DNA of 56,783 nucleotides from contig CBFGKH010000007.1 of the NCBI GenBank assembly GCA_965649295.1, positions 1 to 56,783 of the forward strand. Reading direction: 5' to 3'. The stretch comes from a candidate division WOR-3 bacterium. Its GTDB lineage: Bacteria > Hydrothermota > Tepidihabitantia > Tepidihabitantales > Tepidihabitantaceae. Position numbers and translations under genes: made by a program. Below the pieces are notes generated by a model. That model made no database searches and was not told where the DNA came from. It saw nothing but the letters and a program-made list of their open reading frames with translations. Shown here in pieces: positions 47,366-56,588 of the stretch; within the stretch, counting starts at the first letter, position 1; every line of letters begins with the position of its first letter.

Positions 47366-48196
47366 CTATCTGCCAACTCCGTTGGCAGTTTGAACGATGC
47401 AGGCGAGGTTGCGGCCGGTTGTGCGCTCACGACGGGCAGAGAAACAGTGCACCTTGTTTTCGAATGTGCAGATTGGAAGCGATGCTACCTCTTCTAGACC
47501 GAGTTCAGAGAGCAGCGAACGGTTGGCCGACCGCAGGTCGAGTGCAAAACGTTCTTTCCCCGGTTCGGTTGGTAGTCGCAGCAAATAGTCTTTACCATTG
47601 GGCAGGTGGGCTTCGAATTCACGAGCGACGTCGTCGCCGACAGTGTAGCAGCTAGGACAGATGCAAGGCCCCAGTGCGAAGCGGAGTGCGGCTGGCTCAA
47701 TCCCGACTGCGGCGGCAAGTTGACACGCGAGTTTGGGCGCTAGCTGAGCTACGGTTCCTCGCCAGCCGCAGTGAGCAATGCCAATACCACGTTGGTCTGG
47801 TGCAAATAGATAGACCGGCAGGCAGTCGGCAATGGTGATTCCAAGCGGAGTATCTAAGCTGGTAGTGTAGCAGCCGTCGCCACCGGGGGGAATACAAACA
47901 GAATGATGGCTGATATCGTCGACAGCCACAATACCGTTCCCATGAACCTGGCGCATGGTGAAAACGGTTGATAGCCCAAGGGCTGCGCTCACACGGCTCC
48001 AGTTTCTTTGAACATTTGTTGGTGTATCACCAACGCTAAACGATAGGTTTAGCGAATCATAGGGCACCGGCGAGACACCGCCGGAACGAGTGGTGAAGAT
48101 GAGTGATACCCCTGACCCTTGCCATAGGCAATACTCAAGACCGGCGACTGATTTCAGCCGCCACTGGGTCAGGTCGTTTGACAGCAAGCGGGTCAC
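47366..48196 (-). CDS. pgeF: YfiH/PgeF (DUF152) family peptidoglycan editing factor / purine nucleoside phosphorylase
   Basis: FTTRSGGVS, QVHG, ADCLPV and AHCGWRG. Confidence 0.9.
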   Translation of the reverse strand: MTRLLSNDLTQWRLKSVAGLEYCLWQGSGVSLIFTTRSGGVSPVPYDSLNLSFSVGDTPTNVQRNWSRVSAALGLSTVFTMRQVHGNGIVAVDDISHHSVCIPPGGDGCYTTSLDTPLGITIADCLPVYLFAPDQRGIGIAHCGWRGTVAQLAPKLACQLAAAVGIEPAALRFALGPCICPSCYTVGDDVAREFEAHLPNGKDYLLRLPTEPGKERFALDLRSANRSLLSELGLEEVASLPICTFENKVHCFSARRERTTGRNLACIVQTANGVGR

Positions 48197-49917
48197 GAGT
48201 CGCTGCTACTCCGTAGGTCAACTATGTTTAGCCTTGGCGATTGCCCATCTCGACCACCCCGCTCGATAGTGTAGCAGATGTCAAATTTGCTCCCGAACCC
48301 CGGGGCGAGCTTAGTCAGTTCACCACCGCGGCGCCAGGCAATTCCATCAATCATACGATCGCCAGCCTGTATACGAATCAGCAAGTGGTCACGACCGATA
48401 CGGCGTGGGTAGCCAGCGATTTCGACGTCAAGTGAGGCAAAGAGCGGTACTGGGTTGTTCGGGCCAAAAGGCTCGAGTCGGTCTAGCGCGTGCAGCAAAG
48501 CATCGTCGATAGTAGCAGGTGCCAGCAGGGCATCAATCTGTAGGTGCGGGACAAATGCCGTTTCGGGGTAGCTGGCTGCGTGTTGCTCAAATGCGTCGCG
48601 GAAACTCTCGATATGCTGCCGTTCGGTTGTCAACCCCGCAGCCTGACGATGTCCGCCGTAGCTGATGAGATAGCGATTGCACGCGTGTAGAGCAGCATGG
48701 AGATCAAAGCTTGGGACCGAGCGAGCAGAACCACGGCCCAAGTTGTCCCGAAAAGAGACTACGACTGTTGGCCGGCAGTAGCGTTCAGCCAGTCGAGAAG
48801 CAACAATGCCAATAACACCATTGTGCCAGTCGTTGCCGCTGACGACAATGGTGCGGCCAGCAGCGAGTCGTTCGGTCTCAATTTTCGCAATTGCCTCTCG
48901 CAACATCCTTTCCTCAATAGTCTGCCGAAGTCGGTTGAGGGTGTCGAGTTCGGTGGCAATTTGCTCGGTCGCGGGCGTGTCATCGTGTAGAAGTAGCCGT
49001 ACCGCTTGGGCAGCGTGTCCGACGCGGCCGGCTGCGTTAAGGCGTGGACCGATGATGAATCCCGCATGGTAACGAGAGATTCGGCGAGTTCTAACGCCGG
49101 CGCGGTTCAGCAGTGCCCGGATGCCAGGACGAGGCCGTTGGCCGATAATACCTAACGCCAGTCGGGCGAGAATTCGGTTCTCGTCAACAAGCGGAACAAC
49201 GTCGCAGATGGTTCCAAGCCCGGCTAGGTCAATGAGACTGATTAGTTCCTCGCGGGGGCGCTTCAAGGCTGCGAGTAGGCTCCACATTACTTTGAATGCC
49301 ACCCCGGCACCGGCAAGCTCACGAAAAGGGTAACTGGAGTCGGTCCGCTTGGGGTTGACGAAGGCGACAGCCGCTCGGGGGACGTTACCAGATTGAACCT
49401 CATGATGGTCGGTGACGATGACGTCGATACCGGCAGCGCGGGCAGCGGCGATGGTCGTTGCGTCACTCGAACCGCAGTCGGTTGTGACGATTAGCGTCGA
49501 ACCAGTCGAGCGGGCGTATTCAACTCCGGCAACGGGGAAGCCGTAGCCTTCGATATCGCGGCGCGGTAGGAAGAAGTCGGTTGGACAGCCGAGCTTGGTC
49601 AGGGCGGACACGAGCAGTGCCGTTCCGGCAATGCCATCGACGTCGTAGTCGCCACAGATAAGTATCCGCTCCTGTTTCTTGACAGCCCAGACAAGTCGTT
49701 CCGTGGCAGCGGTAATGTCAGGTAGAGCGAGGGGCGGCCGTAGGTTGGCGGCGGGTGATTCAAGAAAGAGGCGGGCAGCAGCGCCGTCCGCGAATCCTCG
49801 GGCAAGGAGGAGTTGGGCAATGGGGACAGGCAGCCCTAGCTCAGTGGCGAGCGCGGCAGCGACTGGAGAGGGTGGTTCAGGCAGCTGCCAGCGATGGGTT
49901 GCGTTCACCGTTGCCAT
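48193..49917 (-). CDS. recJ: Single-stranded DNA exonuclease RecJ
   Basis: GDYDVDG, TDCG, TDHH, PRLNAAGR, GSARS and GGH..AAG. Start placed at ATG 49917, downstream of the promoter. Confidence 0.96.
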   Translation of the reverse strand: MATVNATHRWQLPEPPSPVAAALATELGLPVPIAQLLLARGFADGAAARLFLESPAANLRPPLALPDITAATERLVWAVKKQERILICGDYDVDGIAGTALLVSALTKLGCPTDFFLPRRDIEGYGFPVAGVEYARSTGSTLIVTTDCGSSDATTIAAARAAGIDVIVTDHHEVQSGNVPRAAVAFVNPKRTDSSYPFRELAGAGVAFKVMWSLLAALKRPREELISLIDLAGLGTICDVVPLVDENRILARLALGIIGQRPRPGIRALLNRAGVRTRRISRYHAGFIIGPRLNAAGRVGHAAQAVRLLLHDDTPATEQIATELDTLNRLRQTIEERMLREAIAKIETERLAAGRTIVVSGNDWHNGVIGIVASRLAERYCRPTVVVSFRDNLGRGSARSVPSFDLHAALHACNRYLISYGGHRQAAGLTTERQHIESFRDAFEQHAASYPETAFVPHLQIDALLAPATIDDALLHALDRLEPFGPNNPVPLFASLDVEIAGYPRRIGRDHLLIRIQAGDRMIDGIAWRRGGELTKLAPGFGSKFDICYTIERGGRDGQSPRLNIVDLRSSSDS

Positions 49918-49969
49918 TGGTGGTGGCTGTCGGTAGGGAAGATGACAAAGGGTGTGCGTTTGATGAGGG

Positions 49970-49998
49970 ATGATAGGATTGGTGTTCGATCTAGTCAA
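49970..49998 (-). promoter_or_regulatory. recJ promoter
   Basis: TTGACT-N17-TATCAT. Confidence 0.55.
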
Positions 49999-50058
49999 GG
50001 AGTAGCGGGCGTCCTTACTGGCTTCGTTGACAAGAAGTCAGCTGGACGTTGTTTGGGC

Positions 50059-50108
50059 TTGACTGCTGTCGGCCAGGGCCTAGTATTAGGCAGGACTAAC
50101 TTTGTTAG
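50059..50108 (+). promoter_or_regulatory. Promoter with candidate DtxR-family operator
   Basis: TTGACT-N16-TAGTAT running into TTAG-N6-CTAA (50086-50099) and CTAAC-TTT-GTTAG (50096-50108). TTAG/CTAA dyads are typical of DtxR-family boxes. Confidence 0.65.
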
Positions 50109-50110
50109 AT

Positions 50111-50572
50111 ATGGCACACAAAGGACAGCGGACAAGAATAGTCGGTCAGAGCGGCGAGGACTACCTTGAGTCGGTTTATCTTATCGGGCTCGAAAAGCGT
50201 GTCGTCCGGGTTAAGGATGTCGCCGCGCGGCTTGGAGTGAGCCGTCCATCGGTCGTGGCGGCACTGGGGCAATTGCACCGTCGGGGGATGGTGGCGCACG
50301 AACCGTACGGTGGCATCGAGCTGACCGAAAGCGGTCGGCGTGCGGCTGAGGCAGTGTACCGGCGGCACCAGGTGTTGCAGACGTTCCTCACTGATGTCCT
50401 GGGAGTGAGTCCAACCGTCGCGGCTCAAGATGCCTGTCTGCTGGAACATTCCTTGTCCCCGGAGACCGAGAAGCTACTGGTGAGATTCGTGGAAGCTATG
50501 AGCCGGACTAGTCAGGGTCGAGCGGCAGATTGTTCGCAACGCCACAGTCCTGGGCGAGCAAGCAAGGGGTGA
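50111..50572 (+). CDS. DtxR/MntR family metal-dependent repressor (no SH3/FeoA domain)
   Basis: EDYLESVY, HTH DVAARLGVSRPSV, RRHQVL and DACLLEH. Confidence 0.93.
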   Translation: MAHKGQRTRIVGQSGEDYLESVYLIGLEKRVVRVKDVAARLGVSRPSVVAALGQLHRRGMVAHEPYGGIELTESGRRAAEAVYRRHQVLQTFLTDVLGVSPTVAAQDACLLEHSLSPETEKLLVRFVEAMSRTSQGRAADCSQRHSPGRASKG

Positions 50573-50576
50573 TTCT

Positions 50577-51344
50577 GTGCGCGCGAATCTTCTTTTTGCA
50601 CTGGTCGTGGCAGCAATCGCTTCGCTAGGAACAACGGGTGGCAGTCTTGTCGGTCTGCTCGTCCGGCGGCCAGGTCCAAGAACGATGGCACTTGCGCTTG
50701 GATTCTCAGCCGGCGTCATGATGTTCGTTTCCTTTGCCGAGCTACTCGTTTCGAGCATCGGCACGGTTGGGTTCTTGCCAGCGGTCATTGCCTTCTTTGC
50801 TGGGATGGCGGTGATGTTCCTCATCGATATTGGGATTCCTCACATCTTTGTGACCGAGGGGGTGCCACAGCAGACTTACTGTGATGGACCGCCGAATCTC
50901 TTGCGGACCGGTTTGTTGATCGCTATTGGTATCGCCATGCATAACATGCCCGAGGGGATGGCGACATTTGCCGGTTCGATTAAGAACCGTGGGCTCGGCG
51001 TAGCGATAGCGGCGGCTATTGCGTTGCATAACATTCCCGAGGGGCTAGCAGTAGCGATGCCAGTCTATTGCGCCACTGGGTCGAAGAGTAAGGCCTTGCT
51101 TTGGTCATCGTTGTCAGGCGTTGCTGAGCTGCTCGGAGCTGGTCTGGCGGCAGCAGTCCTGATGCCGTTTCTGACCGAGGGATTCCTGGCCGTGGTGCTG
51201 GCAGCGGTGGCTGGATTGATGGTGTTCATATCGTTTGACGAGCTGATTCCCGGGTCATATGCCTACAAGCATGATCACCTGAGCGTAGCAGGGATTGTAC
51301 TGGGAATGGCAGTGATGGCAGTGAGTTTGCTCTTCTTAAGGTAG
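50577..51344 (+). CDS. zupT: ZIP family metal transporter
   Basis: GFSAGVM, HNMPEG, HNIPEG and DELIP. Confidence 0.92.
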   Translation: MRANLLFALVVAAIASLGTTGGSLVGLLVRRPGPRTMALALGFSAGVMMFVSFAELLVSSIGTVGFLPAVIAFFAGMAVMFLIDIGIPHIFVTEGVPQQTYCDGPPNLLRTGLLIAIGIAMHNMPEGMATFAGSIKNRGLGVAIAAAIALHNIPEGLAVAMPVYCATGSKSKALLWSSLSGVAELLGAGLAAAVLMPFLTEGFLAVVLAAVAGLMVFISFDELIPGSYAYKHDHLSVAGIVLGMAVMAVSLLFLR

Positions 51345-51363
51345 TTGCCGACGGAGGTCAGAA

Positions 51364-52143
51364 ATGCTGAGAGAGCTGCGGCTTGTTCTTTGTTTGATAC
51401 AGCTAGCGGCAGGCAGTCGTGCAGTACTCGTGTATGATGGTGACACATTCAGGACCGACGATAGCCTGGTCGTGCGGTTGCTGGGTATTGATGCACCGGA
51501 AAGCTACCAGCCGGGTGGCGACATTAGCCGCGATATTCTTGAGAAATACATATTGGGCCGAACCGTGCTACTGGTGACTGATTCAGTTGATAAGGATGAC
51601 TACGGTCGCTTATTGCGTTACGTCTATGTTGGTGACACCTTTGTAAACGGTGAGTTGGTTGCCCGAGGCTACGCTGCTTACCGTAGCTTCCAGTCGCGTC
51701 TGCGGTTGGGGGATTCGCTGCAGCGTCTGCAAGCTGAGGCAGCCCGAACTGGGCGTGGGCTATGGTCATTCAACGTCTTTGCACCGCCGACTCTTGAGTT
51801 GCTGCGCGAGCGAATCCAGGCGGAGTCAAGCCGGACTGCGGCTGGGTTACAGGTGGTATCGTGGGCGGATGCCGGGCGCTACATCGGACGCCTAGTTGCG
51901 GTCGAAGGGAGGGTGGTAGCAACTCACAACTCTGGCAAGGTGTGTCATCTCAACTTCCATGAGGATTATCGTCGTTATTTCAGCGTGGCGATATTCAGTC
52001 AGGACTTTGCCAAGTTCCCGCCCAAGCCTGAGCAATACTATCTCAAGCGCAACGTTCGAGTCACCGGTATCGTCAAGAGCTACAAAGGTGCTCCCGAGAT
52101 CATTGTCACTGATCCCGGTCAAATTGAGATACTCGATGAGTGA
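51364..52143 (+). CDS. Secreted staphylococcal-nuclease-family protein with C-terminal OB-fold
   Basis: VYDGDT, VRLLGIDAPE, DDYGRLL and GRGLW. C-terminal VAVEGRV...VRVTGIVKSYKGAPEII. Confidence 0.88.
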   Translation: MLRELRLVLCLIQLAAGSRAVLVYDGDTFRTDDSLVVRLLGIDAPESYQPGGDISRDILEKYILGRTVLLVTDSVDKDDYGRLLRYVYVGDTFVNGELVARGYAAYRSFQSRLRLGDSLQRLQAEAARTGRGLWSFNVFAPPTLELLRERIQAESSRTAAGLQVVSWADAGRYIGRLVAVEGRVVATHNSGKVCHLNFHEDYRRYFSVAIFSQDFAKFPPKPEQYYLKRNVRVTGIVKSYKGAPEIIVTDPGQIEILDE

Positions 52144-53422
52144 CTGGCAGACGATTGAACAGTCTCAAAACCCGCGGTGGCAAACGCCGGTCCGTGCCGT
52201 TGCTTTTGTGGTTGTCGCGGTGGTTCTAGGCGGGTGGGTGCTCTTTCGAGCGCGGCACAACTCGAAGCCGCCATTATGCGGCCCAGTAGTGCCTAGCGCT
52301 GGCTCTGTTTACTGTGGCATTGACACTTTACGTCAGAATGAGGTACTGGCTACTTTGCTCGGGCGCTGGTGTCTGCCGGCTGAGCAGGTGAAACAAATCT
52401 ATGTTGGGTTGGCGAGTACCGACTTCAATTTTCGAGGAATGAAGTCCGGAGACCTGGTTCGGTTGCTCTACCAAGGGGTTGAGCTCTGTGGCATGGTTTA
52501 TGTTAAGGACCTGGCAACGAGCTACATCGTTGAGTTCGACTCGACAGGGGTCAGGGCGCGCAAAGAGACAAAGCCGATTGACACGCTGCGGACGGTCATT
52601 CGCGGCACAGTCAGTGGTTCGCTTTGGAATTCACTCACCAGTATGGGTGAGTCGCCGGCGCTGGTGGTGAGTTTTGCTGAGATTCTCGGTTACGAAGTTG
52701 ACTTCCTCACTGAGTGCAACGAGGGCGATACCTTTGAGCTTCTCCTGGACCGCTATTATGTTGACTCTTTGCCATATGGGAACGGCCGAATTCTAGCGGT
52801 GCACTACCGCGGGCCGGTCGGTGACTTCTACGGCTACTACTTTCGTGGTCCCGGCGGCAGCGGCGATTACTACAACAGCAAGGGCCAATCGCTTCGCAAG
52901 ACAGTTCTGCGTTCACCACTTTCCTTTGCACGGGTAACTTCGTATTTTGGCCGTCGTTTCCATCCCATTAGCCGGGTCTTTCGTCAGCATCAGGGAGTTG
53001 ATTACGGGGCACCAACCGGTACACCGGTAAGTGCGATTGCCGATGGGATAGTCGAGATGGCGCGTTGGAATGGTGGGTACGGCAATTTCGTTAGAGTTCG
53101 TCATTCCGGTGGACTGGTTTCCTGCTATGGTCATTTGTCCCGCTACGGTAATGGTATCAAACCAGGGCGGCGGGTTCGGCAGGGACAGATTGTTGGCTAT
53201 GTCGGCTCGACCGGTTACTCAACTGGGCCGCACCTTCACTTCGAAGTGCATCAAAACGGTCGGCCAGTCAATCCGCTCAAGGTAATTCCGCCGCGAGCTG
53301 CGCCAGTACCGGCTGGACTGATGGCTGAGTTCGAGCGGACGAAATCAGAATATGCGGCCCAGCTCAAGTTGCCGACCGGGCCGATTCTGCCAACACTGAC
53401 TGCTTCGGCTGCCGCGCGCTAG
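52136..53422 (+). CDS. M23 family peptidoglycan endopeptidase (MepM/Csd3-like)
   Basis: TM anchor, HQGVDY, YGHLS and STGPHLHFE. The ATG at 52136 overlaps the end of the nuclease gene. Confidence 0.93.
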   Translation: MSDWQTIEQSQNPRWQTPVRAVAFVVVAVVLGGWVLFRARHNSKPPLCGPVVPSAGSVYCGIDTLRQNEVLATLLGRWCLPAEQVKQIYVGLASTDFNFRGMKSGDLVRLLYQGVELCGMVYVKDLATSYIVEFDSTGVRARKETKPIDTLRTVIRGTVSGSLWNSLTSMGESPALVVSFAEILGYEVDFLTECNEGDTFELLLDRYYVDSLPYGNGRILAVHYRGPVGDFYGYYFRGPGGSGDYYNSKGQSLRKTVLRSPLSFARVTSYFGRRFHPISRVFRQHQGVDYGAPTGTPVSAIADGIVEMARWNGGYGNFVRVRHSGGLVSCYGHLSRYGNGIKPGRRVRQGQIVGYVGSTGYSTGPHLHFEVHQNGRPVNPLKVIPPRAAPVPAGLMAEFERTKSEYAAQLKLPTGPILPTLTASAAAR

Positions 53423-55512
53423 ATGCGCAGTTCTAGTTCAGCGTAGAAACTGCGTCCTGGTAGTGGGTAACCATCAACTAGTTGGTAGCGCCGATCGAAC
53501 AGGTTTCTTGCCCCGGTGCGCAATATTGTCGTGATGGGACCGAAACGCGGGCTGAGGTCGAGCGCAATATCAAACAGCAGGCAGGCTGGCAGCGACTTCG
53601 TGTTAGCTGAGTTCGTGAAGCGGCTACCGATGTGGCGGACGTTCCAGCCTAGCCTTGCCCAGGCCCACTGCAGTGAGTGCTCAACAGTCAAGCTCAGCCG
53701 TGGTCGGTAGGGCAGGTCCCGGCCGTGGGACTTGGCAACGAGGTAGGTTAGGCTTGGCCGGACTTCCGCGTGATGGCTTTTGATGTCGAGTTCAACCTCG
53801 AAACCGGTAATCGTTGCTGTGTCAACGTTGGCCGGCCTAAAGACGCCGGCTGAGTCTGGCTGCCAGAGAATGAGGTTGCTCAGTTGCGTCCTGAACCCGG
53901 CAAGCTGATAACCAAGCCAGCGTCGTGGCCGTCCGCCAACTCCGCAGTCAATGCCGGTGCCAAGCTCGGGTTCCAGGCGCGGGTTGCCGCTAGTCCATGG
54001 GTCCTCGGGCCAGTAAAGCTCGTTGAATGTTGGGGCACGGTATGAACGGTTCAACGATAGATAGAGGGACGCCCACTTTGCTGCGTCCCAGCTCAACCAG
54101 ACCCTTGGGCTGAGCGCCCGCCGAATGCGGCGGAACCCCGATGAGTCAGTGAGCTGCCGCGACTCGCGAAATTCATCGCAGCGTAGGGCAGGCAGAAGAC
54201 TCAGGCCTTGCCAACTGATGCCGACCTGGGTGACCGCACTGAGCGACGTCCGCCGCGGCCGGCCGATGTTCGTGCTCGATAACTGCTCATCAGCGAGCTC
54301 CGGCGCGACGAGTAGCTGGCACCATTCGGTCGGATGCCAACGTTCGGTCATAACCGCGCCACTGACTGTTGTCATGTGTGTGTCGTTCTGGGGGAAGAAG
54401 GGGTCAGGGTTGCGGTAGTTGCGCCAGAAGCGGTGATGATGAAACGAGAGGTCAAGCCGCGCTGCGTCGGTCTGCTGCCAGCCATATTGAAGCCGGGCCA
54501 GGTTCCGCGTATCACTCATCCGGGCGCTTTCTGATGGCCAGGTGATCGGACCGGGTACGCCACGTTCGCTTGCGTTCAAGCTGATGGTGAGCGCACCGGC
54601 GTGCGTTCCGGAATGGAACATTGCCTTGCCGAAGATACCCGTGTTTGCCATGTCCGCGTTGGTGCGGATGTGCTCGACCCCAAGCGTGTCTTGCCAGGGG
54701 AACCGGTTGGCGCTGTGGTCGAGATTGGCGCTGAGAAAGTAGCCGAGTGTTCCGTTGCTGTTGCCGTGACGGAGGCGCAGGAACCGGTTGCCGAATGAGC
54801 CGAAGCCGGCGGTTGCGATTGCTGTCAGTCGAGACGGCATCGGCGTTACGATGTTAACCACGCCGCCAATCGAGTTCGCTCCGTACAGTGCCGACGCGCC
54901 GTTGCGCAAGATTTCGATTCGCTCCGCGAGCGTCTGGGGTAGGGTGGTCAGCTCAACAAGGTTGTCCTGGGCCGTGCTTACCCGAATGCCGTCGAGCAGG
55001 ACCAGGGTCTGCTCACTCGTTGCACCGCGAATGCCGATGGTGGCAAGGTTGGCGTAGTCCTTGATGGCGACCGACGGAGCCATCGCGATGGCATCGCCGA
55101 GAGAGGTCGTGCCGCGCTCTGCCAGCCGGATGCTGTCAATGACAGTTGTGGGACCTGAGTGCTTCATGGTAGCCGGTGTTCGGAAAGCCGTCACAGTTAC
55201 ACCTCGAAGGTGAATCGGCCGAGGATTCAGAAAGAGCCGCAGCTGCGAACCGGGCTGGACTCTGGGCCAGCGGCGTAGAGCATAACCGATCTGACTAGCC
55301 TCAATGCTGATTGCGTCCGTCGAGTTCTCGGGCAGCTCGATCTCAAAGTGGCCAAGTGAGTCGGCAAGGACACTGAGGTTCAGCTCCGGTACCGTCACTT
55401 CAGCATAAGGGACAGGCTGGCGCGAGTAGCTATCGAATACCGTGCCGGTAACTGATGCTGTCGGGGACGCGGTCACCGTGACCAGCGTCAGCAGGTAGTA
55501 TACACCGTGCAT
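53419..55512 (-). CDS. btuB: TonB-dependent receptor, probable cobalamin transporter
   Basis: Carboxypeptidase-regulatory-like N-domain, plug IRGA...LLDG...ERIEIL..GASALYGANSIGGVVNI, YRAPTFNELY and NLFD. Riboswitch upstream; SD AAAGGAG before the ATG at 55512. Confidence 0.85.
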   Translation of the reverse strand: MHGVYYLLTLVTVTASPTASVTGTVFDSYSRQPVPYAEVTVPELNLSVLADSLGHFEIELPENSTDAISIEASQIGYALRRWPRVQPGSQLRLFLNPRPIHLRGVTVTAFRTPATMKHSGPTTVIDSIRLAERGTTSLGDAIAMAPSVAIKDYANLATIGIRGATSEQTLVLLDGIRVSTAQDNLVELTTLPQTLAERIEILRNGASALYGANSIGGVVNIVTPMPSRLTAIATAGFGSFGNRFLRLRHGNSNGTLGYFLSANLDHSANRFPWQDTLGVEHIRTNADMANTGIFGKAMFHSGTHAGALTISLNASERGVPGPITWPSESARMSDTRNLARLQYGWQQTDAARLDLSFHHHRFWRNYRNPDPFFPQNDTHMTTVSGAVMTERWHPTEWCQLLVAPELADEQLSSTNIGRPRRTSLSAVTQVGISWQGLSLLPALRCDEFRESRQLTDSSGFRRIRRALSPRVWLSWDAAKWASLYLSLNRSYRAPTFNELYWPEDPWTSGNPRLEPELGTGIDCGVGGRPRRWLGYQLAGFRTQLSNLILWQPDSAGVFRPANVDTATITGFEVELDIKSHHAEVRPSLTYLVAKSHGRDLPYRPRLSLTVEHSLQWAWARLGWNVRHIGSRFTNSANTKSLPACLLFDIALDLSPRFGPITTILRTGARNLFDRRYQLVDGYPLPGRSFYAELELRI

Positions 55513-55550
55513 TGATTCTCCTTTCCGCACAAGTCGAACCACAGTTGCGG

Positions 55551-55722
55551 GGCAGACAGGTCTCCTGGCTTGCGGCGTGGCGCTGCCGCCTTCCCGGCGC
55601 TATCGTCAGTGGCTTTGGCAGCGCGGTTCCTGATGCCGCTAACAGTGGGTGGGACCGCAGCCGATTCTCACGGCCTTCCCTGTGCCGCAATAGATAGTTC
55701 TGCGGCAACCGTTTGTGCGACT
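55551..55722 (-). ncRNA. Cobalamin riboswitch
   Basis: Minus strand has AGGGAA..CCGTGAGAATCGG..GCGGTCCC.CCCACTGT, GCCACTG..GGGAAGG and B12 box AAGCCAGGAGACCTG. Confidence 0.93.
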
Positions 55723-55763
55723 ATTTCGCACCCGGTCGTCTGCCACCAGTTTTCTTGGCAGCA

Positions 55764-55791
55764 AGTATAGTTAGCAGGCTAGCTATGGCAA
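55764..55791 (-). promoter_or_regulatory. Promoter of the riboswitch-btuB transcript
   Basis: TTGCCA-N16-TATACT. Confidence 0.6.
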
Positions 55792-56159
55792 GATTGAGCT
55801 AAAGGGTCTGAAACAGCAGCATTACTCATATCCTCCTGCCTTGCTTGTGGGCTCAGTGCGTGGCAATTCGCGACTACTGTGGCCGCGTGACTCCATCCGG
55901 AACCCGCATCCAAGCTGGTTTCACGGCTTGGCTCGGGTCAGACCGCTGTGTTAGAACTGCTCTTCGCCATTGCTTTTGGTTGGTTACTCGAGCGCAGACT
56001 TGCGTCAGTATAGGCGAACAGATTTGCGAAGACAATCCTCTGACGGCTCAGAGGTTAGCTCGTTTGGGGGCTGACTCCGGGGGTCACTCCCGGGTCAATT
56101 TGCGGCTGGGATTGTCAAGGAGGTTGTCTCGCTTGGGGTGGTTCTGGCTAGATAGAGCA

Positions 56160-56527
56160 GAGGCGGGTCTGTAAGCCGAGTTCTGTCCCGGAGTTGAGTC
56201 CGGTGACGGTCATTTATCTGGACACAAGATTGCTCGAGTGTCTCAAGCGACCTACCTGAGAACTTGTATGGGCCGGGCCAGCCCGGTTCTCAAACTGGTC
56301 TTGCACCGGGTAGGGTTTGCCGACTCCATTCGTCACCGGATGGAGTGGTGCGCTCTTACCGCACCTTTTCACCCTTACCGGCCGGGTTCATAAGGCCGGC
56401 GGTGTGCTTTCTGTTGCACTTTCCGTCCGCGTCTCATTGCTGAAACGCAGCCTCGTTGTTAGCGAGTACCTTGCCCGTCGGTGCTCGGACTTTCCTCCCC
56501 CGAAGGGGCGACCGTCTGACCCGCCTC
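56160..56527 (-). ncRNA. rnpB: RNase P RNA (type A)
   Basis: GAGGAAAGTCCGAGC, AGTGCAACAGAAA, GGGTGAAAAGGTGCGGTAAGAGCGCAC and ACAGAACTCGGCTTA. P1 is GAGGCGGGTC/GACCCGCCTC. Confidence 0.97.
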
Positions 56528-56535
56528 TAGGATTG

Positions 56536-56564
56536 ATTCTAGTCGTACAACAGCTTACTGACAA
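56536..56564 (-). promoter_or_regulatory. rnpB promoter
   Basis: TTGTCA-N17-TAGAAT, 8 nt upstream of the mature 5' end. Confidence 0.7.
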
Positions 56565-56588
56565 GCTGGTAGTTCTCATCACGTGCAG

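Noticed and set aside
55779..55829. 16-aa minus-strand ORF MSNAAVSDPLAQSCHS after AGGAGG
   Set aside because: The SD is only 2 nt from the ATG, the ORF runs through the btuB -35 box, and nothing else supports it.
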